NCBI GenBank assembly: GCA_027320085.1
Contig: DAHVLZ010000010.1
Coordinates: forward strand, 1-64,000
DNA length: 64,000 nt
Direction of reading: 5' to 3'
From: Pseudomonadota bacterium
Lineage (GTDB): Bacteria > Pseudomonadota > Gammaproteobacteria > JAKAQQ01
Part shown: in pieces, positions 25,968-36,178 of the stretch
Layout: the number at the start of each line of letters is the position of its first letter
Position numbering within the stretch: the stretch's first letter is position 1
Notes under the pieces: generated by a model
Told to the model about the DNA's origin: nothing
Databases searched by the model: none
Seen by the model: the letters and a program-made list of their open reading frames with translations, nothing else
Translations under genes and position numbers: made by a program

Positions 25968-26687
25968 ATGAACATAGAGAGCCCCGTATTTCTCCTGGAA
26001 ATAACGACTGCCGTCGCAACAGTCTCACTGGCCTCTGCGACTTGGAAGTTGGCACGTCAAAGCGCAAAACAAGTGGGTGTGGCAACAGCGGCCCTGAAGG
26101 CCCAGGTGCGGCCGCTCGTCGTAGTTCAAACTCACCCTGTTTTTAAACAGCCCCCCGGGGTTCAATCCGCGAAGGACTTGCAGCCAGTCGCAGGACTCCC
26201 ACTCCCCGGCTTGTTCCACGAACCGATACCCGATGAAAAGATGGCAACACATCATCTGTATGCGATTGCTGTGGAATACGCGAATCTGGGTGTTGGCCCC
26301 GCCCTGAATCTTGCCCTGTATCTCTACTTTAACAGTGGCCAAGGCGAGAAAACCTGCTGCAAGGTTCCTGATGCACTACCCAGGCAAATAGTTGGGGCCA
26401 AACCGTCCAATGATTCCATTCCTTACTTGAATGCGTTTGAGACGGATGGTTATTTGATGTTTTTAGGCTACGCATTGACGTACGAAAATATAGAGGGCGC
26501 ACCATACTGGACAGAGGCGTGGGTCCAGCAAGCCGATCCACTCGGCCGAATGGATGATATCCATTTTGGAGAAGGACCGTTCTCTGCCCAGGAATCCCCA
26601 GACATCCTTCGCCCTACTTTTTTGGACTCACAAACGCTGAACTGGGTTCGTATCGCAGCAAATCCCCCATCGATGCCGCATCAGTAG
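25968..26687 (+). CDS. hypothetical protein with N-terminal membrane anchor
   Basis: Long ORF in a lower-GC segment; ITTAVATVSLASATW, NLGVGPALNL. Confidence 0.65.
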   Translation: MNIESPVFLLEITTAVATVSLASATWKLARQSAKQVGVATAALKAQVRPLVVVQTHPVFKQPPGVQSAKDLQPVAGLPLPGLFHEPIPDEKMATHHLYAIAVEYANLGVGPALNLALYLYFNSGQGEKTCCKVPDALPRQIVGAKPSNDSIPYLNAFETDGYLMFLGYALTYENIEGAPYWTEAWVQQADPLGRMDDIHFGEGPFSAQESPDILRPTFLDSQTLNWVRIAANPPSMPHQ

Positions 26688-26920
26688 GTCACTACTGTCC
26701 AGAGTGAGAAGTGCGCATGCAGAAGCGCCTGCTGCGCTCAAGGAGGAGTCTATGGTCTTCTCCATACGATGGGCTCGGGACCACGACTGCGGGCCGCGAG
26801 GTTCGCGGATGACGGGCCATCTACACCCTGATCGAAGGGGGCTTATGAGCGTCGCAGGAGGCCGTTACTAGAAGACCTTTGAGCGCGCATAAACGTTCCA
26901 TGAATCGCCGGTTCGGAACA

Positions 26921-27382
26921 CTAGTCCTCCAGGAACGCCCGTCCCCAGGACTGCCAGAGACCGGCCACGGTGGCCGAGGGAAACCCCCGTCTCAGGAGGA
27001 AGCGGGCCTGGATCCCTTGTGCGCCGGGATCTTCCGGCAGATCACCGCCGAAGCGCGCGCGGCGTGCCGCCTCGGCGGCCCGGACCCATTCTCCTCCAGG
27101 CCGGTCGAGATGGCGGGCGGCGAGATCCCGGCCGATACCGCGCGCCTCGAGCGCCCGGGCGATGCGGAGCGGCCCCTCTCCCCGGGCCAGGTGGATCCGG
27201 ACGAACTCTTCCGTGAAACGCTCGTCACTCTGTGCCCCTTCGTTGCAGAGGGCCTCGAGCAGAGGCGTGATTTCAGGCTCCGGACAACCGGTGCGGATCA
27301 GCCGTTCACGGAGTTCCGAGGTCGAGTATTCACGCCGGGCCAGCCAGGCGAGGGCCCGGTCACGGGGTTCAGTCCGCTTCAC
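26921..27382 (-). CDS. recX: regulatory protein RecX
   Basis: LARREYS..EL, QSDERF, GPLRI, FLLRRGF; overlaps the recA stop. Confidence 0.9.
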   Translation of the reverse strand: MKRTEPRDRALAWLARREYSTSELRERLIRTGCPEPEITPLLEALCNEGAQSDERFTEEFVRIHLARGEGPLRIARALEARGIGRDLAARHLDRPGGEWVRAAEAARRARFGGDLPEDPGAQGIQARFLLRRGFPSATVAGLWQSWGRAFLED

Positions 27383-28406
27383 CCGGAGAACGATCCGGGG
27401 CACCCAGGCGTCCCGCGGCCGGAGCCCGTTCCCGGATTTCGCTCTCGAGCGCGGAGCGGATTTCGGGGTGCTCGGCAAGATACTGACGGGCATTGTCCCG
27501 CCCCTGGCCGATCCGCTCCCCCTTGAGACTGAACCAGGAGCCGGATTTCTCGACGAGGCCGGCGCCCACGGCGAGATCGAGCACCTCCCCCTCGCGGGAA
27601 ATTCCCCGGTCATAGAGGATCTCGAACTCCGCCTGGCGGAACGGCGGGGCCACCTTGTTCTTCACGACCTTGACGCGGGTCTCGCTCCCGATCACCTCCT
27701 CGCCCCGCTTGACCGTACCGATGCGGCGGATGTCGAGACGGACCGACGCGTAGAACTTGAGGGCATTGCCGCCCGTCGTGGTCTCCGGATTGCCGAACAT
27801 GATGCCGATCTTCATGCGGATCTGGTTGATGAAGATGACAAGCGTGTTGGAGCGCTTGATGTTCCCCGTGAGCTTGCGGAGGGCCTGGGACATGAGGCGG
27901 GCCTGGAGCCCCACGTGCGAATCCCCCATCTCCCCCTCGATCTCGGCCCGCGGGGTGAGGGCCGCCACCGAGTCCACGACGACGACGTCAACCGCCCCGG
28001 AGCGGACCAGCATGTCGGCGATCTCAAGCGCCTGTTCGCCGGTATCGGGCTGGGAAATGAGGAGTTCCTCCACTTTGACCCCGAGTTTCCGGGCATAGCC
28101 CGGATCGAGCGCGTGCTCGGCATCGACGAAAGCCGCCACACCGCCCTGTTTTTGGGCCTCGGCGATGACATGGAGGGTGAGGGTGGTCTTGCCCGAGGAT
28201 TCCGGTCCGTAAATTTCGACGACCCGCCCGCGCGGGAGGCCACCGATACCGAGGGCGAGATCGAGGCCGACCGAGCCCGTCGGGATCACTTCCACGTCAC
28301 GGGGCTCGACATCGTCGCCCAGCCGCATGACGGCTCCCTTGCCGAACTGTTTTTCGATCTGCCCGAGCGCCTGGGTCAGGGCCTTCTTGCGGTTGTCATC
28401 GGTCAT
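27369..28406 (-). CDS. recA: recombinase RecA
   Basis: [35 protein letters not shown]. Confidence 0.99.
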   Translation of the reverse strand: MTDDNRKKALTQALGQIEKQFGKGAVMRLGDDVEPRDVEVIPTGSVGLDLALGIGGLPRGRVVEIYGPESSGKTTLTLHVIAEAQKQGGVAAFVDAEHALDPGYARKLGVKVEELLISQPDTGEQALEIADMLVRSGAVDVVVVDSVAALTPRAEIEGEMGDSHVGLQARLMSQALRKLTGNIKRSNTLVIFINQIRMKIGIMFGNPETTTGGNALKFYASVRLDIRRIGTVKRGEEVIGSETRVKVVKNKVAPPFRQAEFEILYDRGISREGEVLDLAVGAGLVEKSGSWFSLKGERIGQGRDNARQYLAEHPEIRSALESEIRERAPAAGRLGAPDRSPGEAD

Positions 28407-28473
28407 GGGAAGCCTGGGGGAGCGGTTTCAACCTGCCGATTATTCCACACTCCGGGTGCGGCTCCAACCGGGA

Positions 28474-28510
28474 AAAAGGCCCGGAACGCCCGTCTGGGGC
28501 GCCCCGGGTC
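28474..28510 (-). terminator. rho-independent terminator after the ECF operon
   Basis: Minus strand GACCCGGGGCGCCC-CAGAC-GGGCGTTCCGGGCC-TTTTT. Confidence 0.55.
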
Positions 28511-28526
28511 TGGGGTGGTCAAGCCT

Positions 28527-29471
28527 CTAGTGCCCCTTGGTCATTTTTTCAAGGCCGATGTTCCCGCTCAGGGTCCGGATCCGGACCCGCGCACCGCCGG
28601 GCCCGCTCACGAAGTGGAGCACTTCACCCGGCCCGAAGCGGCTGCGGGGGTGGGCCGGCGGACCGATTGCATCCCCGATGTCGCCGCTCAGGCTCACCAC
28701 CTGGAACAGGGCGCCCGGCCGCGGGGCCGGGGCGAAGCCGATGTTCCCGCTCACACTGCCCAAGCCGTAGCGCCCGCCCGGAACCAGGCGCCCCACAAAC
28801 TGGATCGGTCCCGAAACCGTTCTCAGGCGGGCGCGGCGGAGAGCCTTGGATCCGACCCAGACCGACCCGCTGACACTGGCGGCCCGGAGCCGTCCCGCCA
28901 CGTTCTCGATCGTGATCCTCCCGCTCACCGTGTGGGCCACGATCCGCGCAGGCCGGGCCGAACCGTCAAGGGCAATGTTGCCGCTCACCGATTTGGCCAC
29001 GATCCGGTGTGAAGAAGACTCGAGCTTGATGGATCCGCTCACGCTCTTGAGCCGGATGGGACCCCGGAGGTTTTGGGCCATCACAGAGGCACTCACGGTC
29101 CGGACGGTGAGCCGGCTCGCCACCGGAATGTCCACCTGGAGATGGGCTCCCCGGATTCGCTCCGCCCCCGGCCCGGGATGCCGCCTCATGATCCGGATGA
29201 TCAGGAGGTGTCCCCGGACCCGGAGACGGAGACGGTCCCGGGGATCCATGGTGCCGGTGAGCCGGAAGGCGGGGTGCTTCCAGCCGGTTACCGTGACCTG
29301 GCCGGCAATATTCACGATCAAGACCCGGGCATGGGAGGCGAGCGGTCGAGACAGGTTGAGCGTCCGGAGCGGGACCGCCCGGGCACTTCCGATGCAGGCG
29401 AAAAGCACGGCCGGCGAAAGGAGCGCGCAGAGAATTGGAGGGATTCGGAATTGCTGGGATTTGAGGGTCAT
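28527..29471 (-). CDS. DUF4097 beta-strand repeat exported protein
   Basis: Signal peptide; repeated (S/T)VSG.I motifs. Confidence 0.85.
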   Translation of the reverse strand: MTLKSQQFRIPPILCALLSPAVLFACIGSARAVPLRTLNLSRPLASHARVLIVNIAGQVTVTGWKHPAFRLTGTMDPRDRLRLRVRGHLLIIRIMRRHPGPGAERIRGAHLQVDIPVASRLTVRTVSASVMAQNLRGPIRLKSVSGSIKLESSSHRIVAKSVSGNIALDGSARPARIVAHTVSGRITIENVAGRLRAASVSGSVWVGSKALRRARLRTVSGPIQFVGRLVPGGRYGLGSVSGNIGFAPAPRPGALFQVVSLSGDIGDAIGPPAHPRSRFGPGEVLHFVSGPGGARVRIRTLSGNIGLEKMTKGH

Positions 29472-29950
29472 TGCCAGTTCCTCGAGTGGAGTTGGGCATC
29501 TTCAACGGTCGCAAGAAAACGGGCCCGGTCGGTTTCAACCTGGACGAGGAGCCCCCGCACGGCAGGGGCGCCCGGATCACGGGCCAGCCGGCGCTCGATG
29601 AGCACTTGGGCCTGATCGAGGGTGCGGAGATCGGCCGGGAGGGACGCCCGGACCGGGCGGGGCAGCGCGGCGTCACGTGCCACCCGGGTCACAAAAGCGG
29701 CGGCCAGGTCGATGGGGGGGCGGCCTACGACGGGAGCGCCTCCCGGTACGGTCGCCGGAGAAAAAAATCCGAACGAGAAGGCCACGATCCCGGCCGTAAC
29801 CAGGATGGCACCGGAGGCCACGACTTGCCGGGTACGCCTTCGGCAACGGATCGTCCGGGCAATGCCCGGCCACAAATCGGCTTCCGGGGCCCGCTCCCGG
29901 GGCAGCGTGGAGAGGGCCTTCTCGAGGATGGAGGGGGGCTGATCGTTCAT
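29468..29950 (-). CDS. putative anti-sigma factor
   Basis: LPRERAPEADLWPGI plus single TM; coupled to the ECF sigma gene. Confidence 0.7.
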   Translation of the reverse strand: MNDQPPSILEKALSTLPRERAPEADLWPGIARTIRCRRRTRQVVASGAILVTAGIVAFSFGFFSPATVPGGAPVVGRPPIDLAAAFVTRVARDAALPRPVRASLPADLRTLDQAQVLIERRLARDPGAPAVRGLLVQVETDRARFLATVEDAQLHSRNWQ

Positions 29951-30525
29951 GATTCCAACTGATCCTGAAGGAGCTGCCGGGCTCGATGGAGATGGGCTTT
30001 CGAGGTTCCCACGGCCAGCTTGAGGAGGGAGGCGACCTCCGGATGCCCGTAACCTTCGACATCGTGGAGCACAAAGACCAGCCGGGCCATCGGCGGCAGC
30101 TTCCGGATGGCTCCCTCCAAATCGAGCGTGAGCCCATCCGGGGATGCGGGAAGCGCCACGGATTCGATCTCGGAATCGCTTGATGCATAAGAAAAGGACC
30201 GTTCCAGACGGCCCTCCCGAAAGCGCTCAAAAACGACCCGGACCGCAATCCGGTGCAACCATGAGGAGAAGGCGGCCTCCCCCCGGAAGCGGCCGAGACC
30301 CTTCCAGGCCCGGATGAAACAGTCCTGGGTCGCCTCCTCCGCATCTCCGGGATGGCCACTCAGCCTGAGGCAGAGGGCGTAGATATGACCCACATGGATC
30401 CGGTAGAGGGCTTCGAAGGCCGAAAGTTCCCCCCGTCGGGCCCGTTCCACGAGGCCCCCCTCGGTCAGCTCAGGCCGGGTGCGGTCCTCCGGCATCACGG
30501 TCCGGGCCGGCAGCGAAATCGTCAT
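29947..30525 (-). CDS. ECF RNA polymerase sigma factor
   Basis: AFEALYR, AEEATQDCF, FSSWLHRIA, VGTSKAHLHRAR. Confidence 0.92.
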   Translation of the reverse strand: MTISLPARTVMPEDRTRPELTEGGLVERARRGELSAFEALYRIHVGHIYALCLRLSGHPGDAEEATQDCFIRAWKGLGRFRGEAAFSSWLHRIAVRVVFERFREGRLERSFSYASSDSEIESVALPASPDGLTLDLEGAIRKLPPMARLVFVLHDVEGYGHPEVASLLKLAVGTSKAHLHRARQLLQDQLES

Positions 30526-30680
30526 TTCCACAGTTGCTCCATATCGCATTAGATGCAAACCGGAACCCAAGGGTTTAGCCCCCGGGAGGCTTCCCGTTCC
30601 GGGGGGCCACCGGGGACCCTCTCGCCCAAACCCCCCCAAAAAGTTCATAATAGCGCCCACCTCACCTCAAGATCTTCACC

Positions 30681-31343
30681 ATGGCAACGGACGACGGGAT
30701 GGTTTCGACGGTCCTCAAGGACAAACTCCACGAGCGGGGCGAGAGCCACGACTCTCCCTCCTACATCCGCCTGCACCGGGCCATCAGCTGGCTCGCCCGG
30801 GCGGAACGGGAATCCGGTGACCCGGACAGCCAGTTCATTTTTCTCTGGGTCGCCTTCAATGCGGCCTACGCCCAGGAATTCGAACCCGACGAAGAAACCC
30901 GCAAGCAGCTCCGGGGTTTTTTCAACCTCTTGCTGTCAGTCGACAAGAAGGGCCAGATCCAGGCGCTCCTCCTCCGAAAATACTCGGGGCCGATCCGTAC
31001 CCTCACCTCGAACCCCTATGTCTTCGAGCCGTTCTGGCGCGCGCTGCGCGAACATGATGCGAGCGAACATTGGAAGGAATCGTTCCAGGCAAGCGCCCGG
31101 AAGACACTCCAGGCCCTGCTTGACCAGGAGGTCCGGGAAGTCCTGTCCGTGGTTTTCGACCGTCTCTATGTGCTGCGCAACCAGCTCCTCCACGGCGGGG
31201 CCACCTGGAACAGCCAGCTCAACCGGAGCCAGGTCAAGGATGGTGCCTCCATCCTCCTCGAACTCATCCCGATCATCATCGATCTCATGATCGAAAACCC
31301 GGACGAGCGCTTCGGTTCGATCATGTACCCGCCCTTGTCCTGA
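30681..31343 (+). CDS. stand-alone HEPN domain protein
   Basis: FIFLWVAFNAAY and RNQLLHG (Rx4H). Confidence 0.8.
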   Translation: MATDDGMVSTVLKDKLHERGESHDSPSYIRLHRAISWLARAERESGDPDSQFIFLWVAFNAAYAQEFEPDEETRKQLRGFFNLLLSVDKKGQIQALLLRKYSGPIRTLTSNPYVFEPFWRALREHDASEHWKESFQASARKTLQALLDQEVREVLSVVFDRLYVLRNQLLHGGATWNSQLNRSQVKDGASILLELIPIIIDLMIENPDERFGSIMYPPLS

Positions 31344-31454
31344 AACCGGGGCAGTACCTTTCCGACGGTCGAGATCGCGCAAAGACCGCGACCCCGACGG
31401 GCTCGTCCAGCCGTTATCATGGCGGGGTCGGTTTGAGACCCTGCCCCCCCTGAG

Positions 31455-32495
31455 ATGAGCCCCCGGAAAGCCACCCCGCCCCGCCCCCGCGTTCTCGTGA
31501 CGGGGGGCACCGGCTTCATCGGATCGCACACGACGGTCCTGCTGCTCGAAGCCGGCTACGACGTCCTCATCGTGGACAACCTCTCAAACAGCACGATCGA
31601 AGTGGTGGGAGCGATCGAGACAGTGGCCGGCCGACGTCCGGATTTCGTCTGTGGCGATATCCGGGACGGGGCCCTCCTGGCCCGCCTCCTGGCCCGCTCG
31701 GCGATCATGGCCGTCTTCCATTTCGCCGGCTTGAAATCCGTCGCCGAATCCCTGGCATCTCCCCTCGATTACTACGCGAACAACGTCGGCGGCACGATCG
31801 TCCTCTGCCGCGAGATGGCAGCGGCCGGCCTCCAGACCCTGGTCTTCAGTTCCTCGGCGACCGTCTACGGAGACTCCCAGGCCCTGCCCCTCACCGAATC
31901 CTCTCCCCTGGGCCCGGCCCAGCCCTATGGTCGCTCCAAGCTCATGATCGAAACCCTGCTCCGGGATCTCGCGGCCACCGATCCCCGCTGGCGCATCGCC
32001 TCCCTCCGCTACTTCAACCCGGCGGGCGCGCATGACACGGGCGCGCTCGGCGAACACCCGAGGGGGATCCCCAATAACCTCATGCCTTACCTGTGCCAGG
32101 TCGCGAGCGGCGAACGGTCCGAACTCATCGTGCATGGCAACGACTACCCGACACCGGATGGCACCGGGGTCCGGGATTACATCCACGTCATGGATCTCGC
32201 CCAGGGCCATCTCGCCGCCCTCGATTACTTGGGAACCCATCCCGGTTTCATCGCCATCAATCTCGGCACCGGACGGGGCTACTCCGTCCTCGATCTGGTC
32301 CATGCCTTCGAGCGCGTCATCGGCCGTACCCTCCCCTGCCGCATCGGCCCGCGCCGGCCGGGTGACATTGCCGCCTCCTGGGCGGCCGTGGACCGGGCAC
32401 GGGAGCTTTTGGGGTGGCAGAGCGAACGGGGGCTCGATGCCATCTGCCGGGATGCCTGGCGCTGGACCTGTGCGGGGCGCCATCCGGCACCCTGA
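31455..32495 (+). CDS. galE: UDP-glucose 4-epimerase
   Basis: GGTGFIGSH, FSSSATVYG, YGRSK, LRYFNP, GVRDYIHV. Confidence 0.96.
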   Translation: MSPRKATPPRPRVLVTGGTGFIGSHTTVLLLEAGYDVLIVDNLSNSTIEVVGAIETVAGRRPDFVCGDIRDGALLARLLARSAIMAVFHFAGLKSVAESLASPLDYYANNVGGTIVLCREMAAAGLQTLVFSSSATVYGDSQALPLTESSPLGPAQPYGRSKLMIETLLRDLAATDPRWRIASLRYFNPAGAHDTGALGEHPRGIPNNLMPYLCQVASGERSELIVHGNDYPTPDGTGVRDYIHVMDLAQGHLAALDYLGTHPGFIAINLGTGRGYSVLDLVHAFERVIGRTLPCRIGPRRPGDIAASWAAVDRARELLGWQSERGLDAICRDAWRWTCAGRHPAP

Positions 32496-32555
32496 CCCAC
32501 CCGTCCGCTCCAGCGGATCTCGGGATTCCGCATCCGGTGTTCGGCGGGGTCGGTT

Positions 32556-33059
32556 TCAGGGTTCGCCCAAGCCATCACCCCCGTCTTCTCTGCCCTCACG
32601 GGGGGGCGTCGAGGCGGGGGCGCGTTTCATGAGGTGGGGCAGCCAGTCCCCGATCCCCTGCTCGATTCGCGCGAGCGCACGCTCGTAATCCCGGACCGGA
32701 CGACCATAGGGATCGTCGATCTCGTAGCCCCCCCAGTGCCCGATCAGGTACACCCGGCCGATCAGAAACGGCCAGCGCGCACCGATCCATTCCCGCTGCC
32801 AGTGCTCCATGACGAAGATGAGATCCTGGGCCCGGAGGAGTCCGGCGGTCGCCTGCCGCGCGCGATGGCTCCGGATGTCGATCCCGCGCGATGCCAGGAG
32901 GCGGATCGCCTCGGGCGACGGGGATGCCCCCACTTCCGCCATGAGCCCGGCGGAACTGAGTCCGGTCCCGGCCAGCTCCGGTCTCGACCCGAGGAGGCCG
33001 AATGCCATGGGACTGCGGCAGATGTTGCCGGCGCAGAGCACCGCCAGTTTTTCGATCAT
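32556..33059 (-). CDS. low molecular weight protein-tyrosine phosphatase (Wzb-like)
   Basis: CAGNICRS, IDDPY. Confidence 0.92.
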   Translation of the reverse strand: MIEKLAVLCAGNICRSPMAFGLLGSRPELAGTGLSSAGLMAEVGASPSPEAIRLLASRGIDIRSHRARQATAGLLRAQDLIFVMEHWQREWIGARWPFLIGRVYLIGHWGGYEIDDPYGRPVRDYERALARIEQGIGDWLPHLMKRAPASTPPREGREDGGDGLGEP

Positions 33060-33086
33060 GCCCGGCTCCGGGACGGATGCTTCATT

Positions 33087-33821
33087 CTAACGGGAGCGAG
33101 GGCGGGGCCGCGCCGGCCAACCCGCCAGTTTCTGGTAGTCGCGCGGGGCCAGTCCGACGAAGGCCCGGAACCGCCGGGAGAAAGCACTCTGATCCCCATA
33201 CCCGGAAGCCTGGGCCACCTCCGCCACGGTTCGACCCTCGGCCAGGGCGGCCATGGACTGATCGATCCGGATCTTGGCCAGCAGCATGCGCGGAGACAGG
33301 TTGAAGACCCGACGGCACAGCCGCTCGAGCTGACCCAGGCTCATACCGACCTCGTCCGCGAGCCGCCCGAAGCGGACCGGCTCCCCGTAATGCCCGGCGA
33401 GCCATCCGACCATGCGCTGGAGTCTCTCGTAGCCGGGATGGCGCACATCCGGCCGGCCGAGATCGCGGGAAACGCCGATGAGCCCTCCGATCTCGCCATT
33501 CACCCGGAGGGGCCGCTTGGTGCTGAGGCACCAGCCCGGCGCATGGTCCGGGTAGAGGTGGAGTTCGAGCTCATCCGTGATGATCCGGCCGGCCAGGACG
33601 GTCTCGTCCTGGGCCTCGTAGCGCTGGGCGAGGATGGCCGGGAATAGTTCGGAGGCCCGTTTGCCGATGATGTCCCCGCGCCGTTCCCGCCGGAGTCTCC
33701 GCACGAGGGTCTGGTTGGCAAACCGGTAGCGTCCCGCCCGGTCCTTCACGAAAAACACGACGTCCGGGAAAGCATCGAACAGGCGCTCGAGATCGGCGAG
33801 GGAAACCTGCTGTACGGCCAC
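33087..33821 (-). CDS. AraC family regulator with PAS domain, divergent from the hydroxyproline operon
   Basis: VVFFVKD..GRY, GYGDQSAFSRRF. Confidence 0.9.
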   Translation of the reverse strand: MAVQQVSLADLERLFDAFPDVVFFVKDRAGRYRFANQTLVRRLRRERRGDIIGKRASELFPAILAQRYEAQDETVLAGRIITDELELHLYPDHAPGWCLSTKRPLRVNGEIGGLIGVSRDLGRPDVRHPGYERLQRMVGWLAGHYGEPVRFGRLADEVGMSLGQLERLCRRVFNLSPRMLLAKIRIDQSMAALAEGRTVAEVAQASGYGDQSAFSRRFRAFVGLAPRDYQKLAGWPARPRPRSR

Positions 33822-33901
33822 CTTCCGATTATGCCGGAATCGGCCTCCGACCGGCCGACTCCGGACAAGCCTGCTCTCGCGGATCGCGATACGCTCATGC
33901 C

Positions 33902-34855
33902 ATGTGGACGATCGAAGTCGCAGATTCCCACACGGGCGGAGAACCGACCCGCGTCGTGCTCAGCGGCTTTCCGGATCTCGGGGAGGGTCCGCTCACGGAA
34001 CGACGGGCGCGATTCGACCGCGATTTCGGGAAGCTCCGCCTCGCCCTCACGACCGAGCCCCGTGCCCCGCTGGCCACCGTTCTGGCCCTCCTGACCCCGC
34101 CCACCGACCCGGCCTCCGCAACCGGCGTCCTCTACGCGGACAGCGGCGGGTCGCTCGGCATGTGCGGACATGGAACGATCGGGCTGATCCATACCCTGGC
34201 CGCGCTGGAGCGGATCCAGGCCGGCCGCCATACGGTCGAGACCCCGGTGGGCCCGGTCGAAGCCGAGCTTCATCCCGACGGGTCGGTGTCGATCGACAAT
34301 GTCGAAAGTTACCGCTTCAAGAAAGGGGTGACGTGCCTCCTTCCCGACCATGGCCCCGTGACGGGTGACATCGCCTGGGGTGGCAACTGGTTTTTCATCA
34401 CCCCCGCAAGCCCGGTTCCGCTCGAACCCCGCCATCGGGACACGCTCGAGGCCTATGCCCGGGCGATCCGGCAGGCACTCGAAGCGGGGGGGATTACGGG
34501 CGCGGACGGGGCACCCATCGACCACATCGAACTCCATGCCCCCCCGTCGCGGCAGGAGGCGGATTCCCGAAACTTCGTGCTCTGCCCGACCCTGACCTAT
34601 GACCGTTCACCCTGCGGCACCGGAACCAGCGCCCGCCTGGCCTGTCTTGCGGCCGACGGCCATCTCGCTCCCGGAGAAACCTACCGCCAGGAGGGTTTTA
34701 CCGGAAGCCTGTTCGAGGCCTCCTACCGCCCCGGGACACACGGCATCCGGCCGCGGATCCGCGGCCGGGCCCACCTCACCGCCCGCTCCCGACTCCTTTT
34801 CGAGCCCGATGACCCGCTCGTGGGACCGCTGTCCTGGAACTCCGATGGCTCGTGA
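33902..34855 (+). CDS. proline racemase family protein (4-hydroxyproline 2-epimerase-like)
   Basis: DSHTGGEPTR, GMCGHG, DRSPCGTGTSA (two catalytic Cys), WGGNWF. Confidence 0.88.
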   Translation: MWTIEVADSHTGGEPTRVVLSGFPDLGEGPLTERRARFDRDFGKLRLALTTEPRAPLATVLALLTPPTDPASATGVLYADSGGSLGMCGHGTIGLIHTLAALERIQAGRHTVETPVGPVEAELHPDGSVSIDNVESYRFKKGVTCLLPDHGPVTGDIAWGGNWFFITPASPVPLEPRHRDTLEAYARAIRQALEAGGITGADGAPIDHIELHAPPSRQEADSRNFVLCPTLTYDRSPCGTGTSARLACLAADGHLAPGETYRQEGFTGSLFEASYRPGTHGIRPRIRGRAHLTARSRLLFEPDDPLVGPLSWNSDGS

Positions 34856-35942
34856 TCTCATCGTCGTCGGATGTGGCATCGTCGGGGCCTGCATCGCACT
34901 CACCGCCCAGCGGGCGGGTCTCCGGACCCAGATGGTCGAAGCCGGGTTCCCGGGGGGCGGCGTGAGTGCCGCCGGCATGGGGCACCTGGTCGCACTCGAC
35001 GGGGCCGAACTCGCGCTCTCCGTCCGCTCCCTCGCCCTCTGGCAGGAGATCCTCGAAAGGGATCCCGGACCTTTTGAATACCGGAGAACAGGGACCCTCT
35101 GGGTCGCCGAAAACGATGCGGATCTCGCGGCCCTCGCCCAATGGCGGGACAGACTCCAGTCAGCCGGCATCCCAGCCGCACTCCAGGATGCCGCCGGACT
35201 CCGCCGGGAGGAGCCGGCCCTCGCCCGCGATCTCGCGGGTGGACTCCTCCTCGCGGGTGATGGCATCGTCTATCCCCCGAAAGCCGTGCACCAATTTTTG
35301 ACCCGTGCCCTGGAACTCGGGGCCCGTATCCGGACCGGCCGGCGAGTGACGGCACTCACCGCCGATGGCGTGGTCCTCGAGGGCGACCGGCGACTTTCGG
35401 GCGAGGTCGTGATCGCGACCGGCCCTGCCGGATCCGAACTCCTGCCCGAGCTTCCCGTGCTTCCACGCAAGGGGCATCTCGTCATCACGGAGGCCACCGC
35501 ATCCCCCCTCCGCCACCAGATCGTCGAAGCCGGCTACACGCAGGGCATTCATGCCCCGGACGGACTCAGCATCGCGATGAATGTCCAGCCGAGACCCACC
35601 GGCCAGCTCCTGATCGGCTCATCGCGTGAGAACGGCCTGTCGGATCCTTGGGTCTCGCCTGTGGTGATCGCGGCCATGCTCAGACGGGCCCTCCGGTTTC
35701 TTCCGGGCCTGGGCCGGGTGGCTGCCCTCCGCACCTGGACCGGATTGCGGCCGGCCACCCCGGATGGTCTGCCCTATATCGGCCGCGTTCCCGGGCGCAG
35801 GTCCGTCTGGGCCGCTTTCGGGCATGAGGGACTCGGCATCACGACCGCTCCCGCAACAGCCGAACTCCTGGTCGACCTGATCCTCGGCCGGAAAAGCACG
35901 CTCGACCCCGCACCCTACGATCCCGTCCGGTGCCTGGGATGA
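34845..35942 (+). CDS. FAD oxidoreductase, D-hydroxyproline dehydrogenase beta-subunit-like
   Basis: GCGIVG, AAGMGHL, QPRPTGQLLIGSSR, GHEGLGITT. Confidence 0.85.
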   Translation: MARDLIVVGCGIVGACIALTAQRAGLRTQMVEAGFPGGGVSAAGMGHLVALDGAELALSVRSLALWQEILERDPGPFEYRRTGTLWVAENDADLAALAQWRDRLQSAGIPAALQDAAGLRREEPALARDLAGGLLLAGDGIVYPPKAVHQFLTRALELGARIRTGRRVTALTADGVVLEGDRRLSGEVVIATGPAGSELLPELPVLPRKGHLVITEATASPLRHQIVEAGYTQGIHAPDGLSIAMNVQPRPTGQLLIGSSRENGLSDPWVSPVVIAAMLRRALRFLPGLGRVAALRTWTGLRPATPDGLPYIGRVPGRRSVWAAFGHEGLGITTAPATAELLVDLILGRKSTLDPAPYDPVRCLG

Positions 35943-36178
35943 ATCCCCCATCGGTCACGGTCTACGTCGATGGCGTGGCGGTGAGACTGCCCGAGGGCCA
36001 GACCGTGGCGGCCGCGGTCGCCTGCGTCAACGGCCAACACCGGCCCGCTCGGGCGGGACGCGGCCCGTTCTGCGGCATGGGATACTGTGGCGGGTGTCGC
36101 CTGCGGATCGGCGGCGAATTCCGACTGGCCTGCCAGACCCTCCTCTCACCAGGCCTCCGGGTGGAAACGGATGATTGA
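35939..36178 (+). CDS. 2Fe-2S subunit of the dehydrogenase
   Basis: PFCGMGYCGGC..LACQT. Confidence 0.85.
   Translation: MNPPSVTVYVDGVAVRLPEGQTVAAAVACVNGQHRPARAGRGPFCGMGYCGGCRLRIGGEFRLACQTLLSPGLRVETDD

Noticed and set aside
28527-30525. ECF/anti-sigma/DUF4097 operon as a new system
   Set aside because: Widespread known arrangement; a terminator separates it from recA
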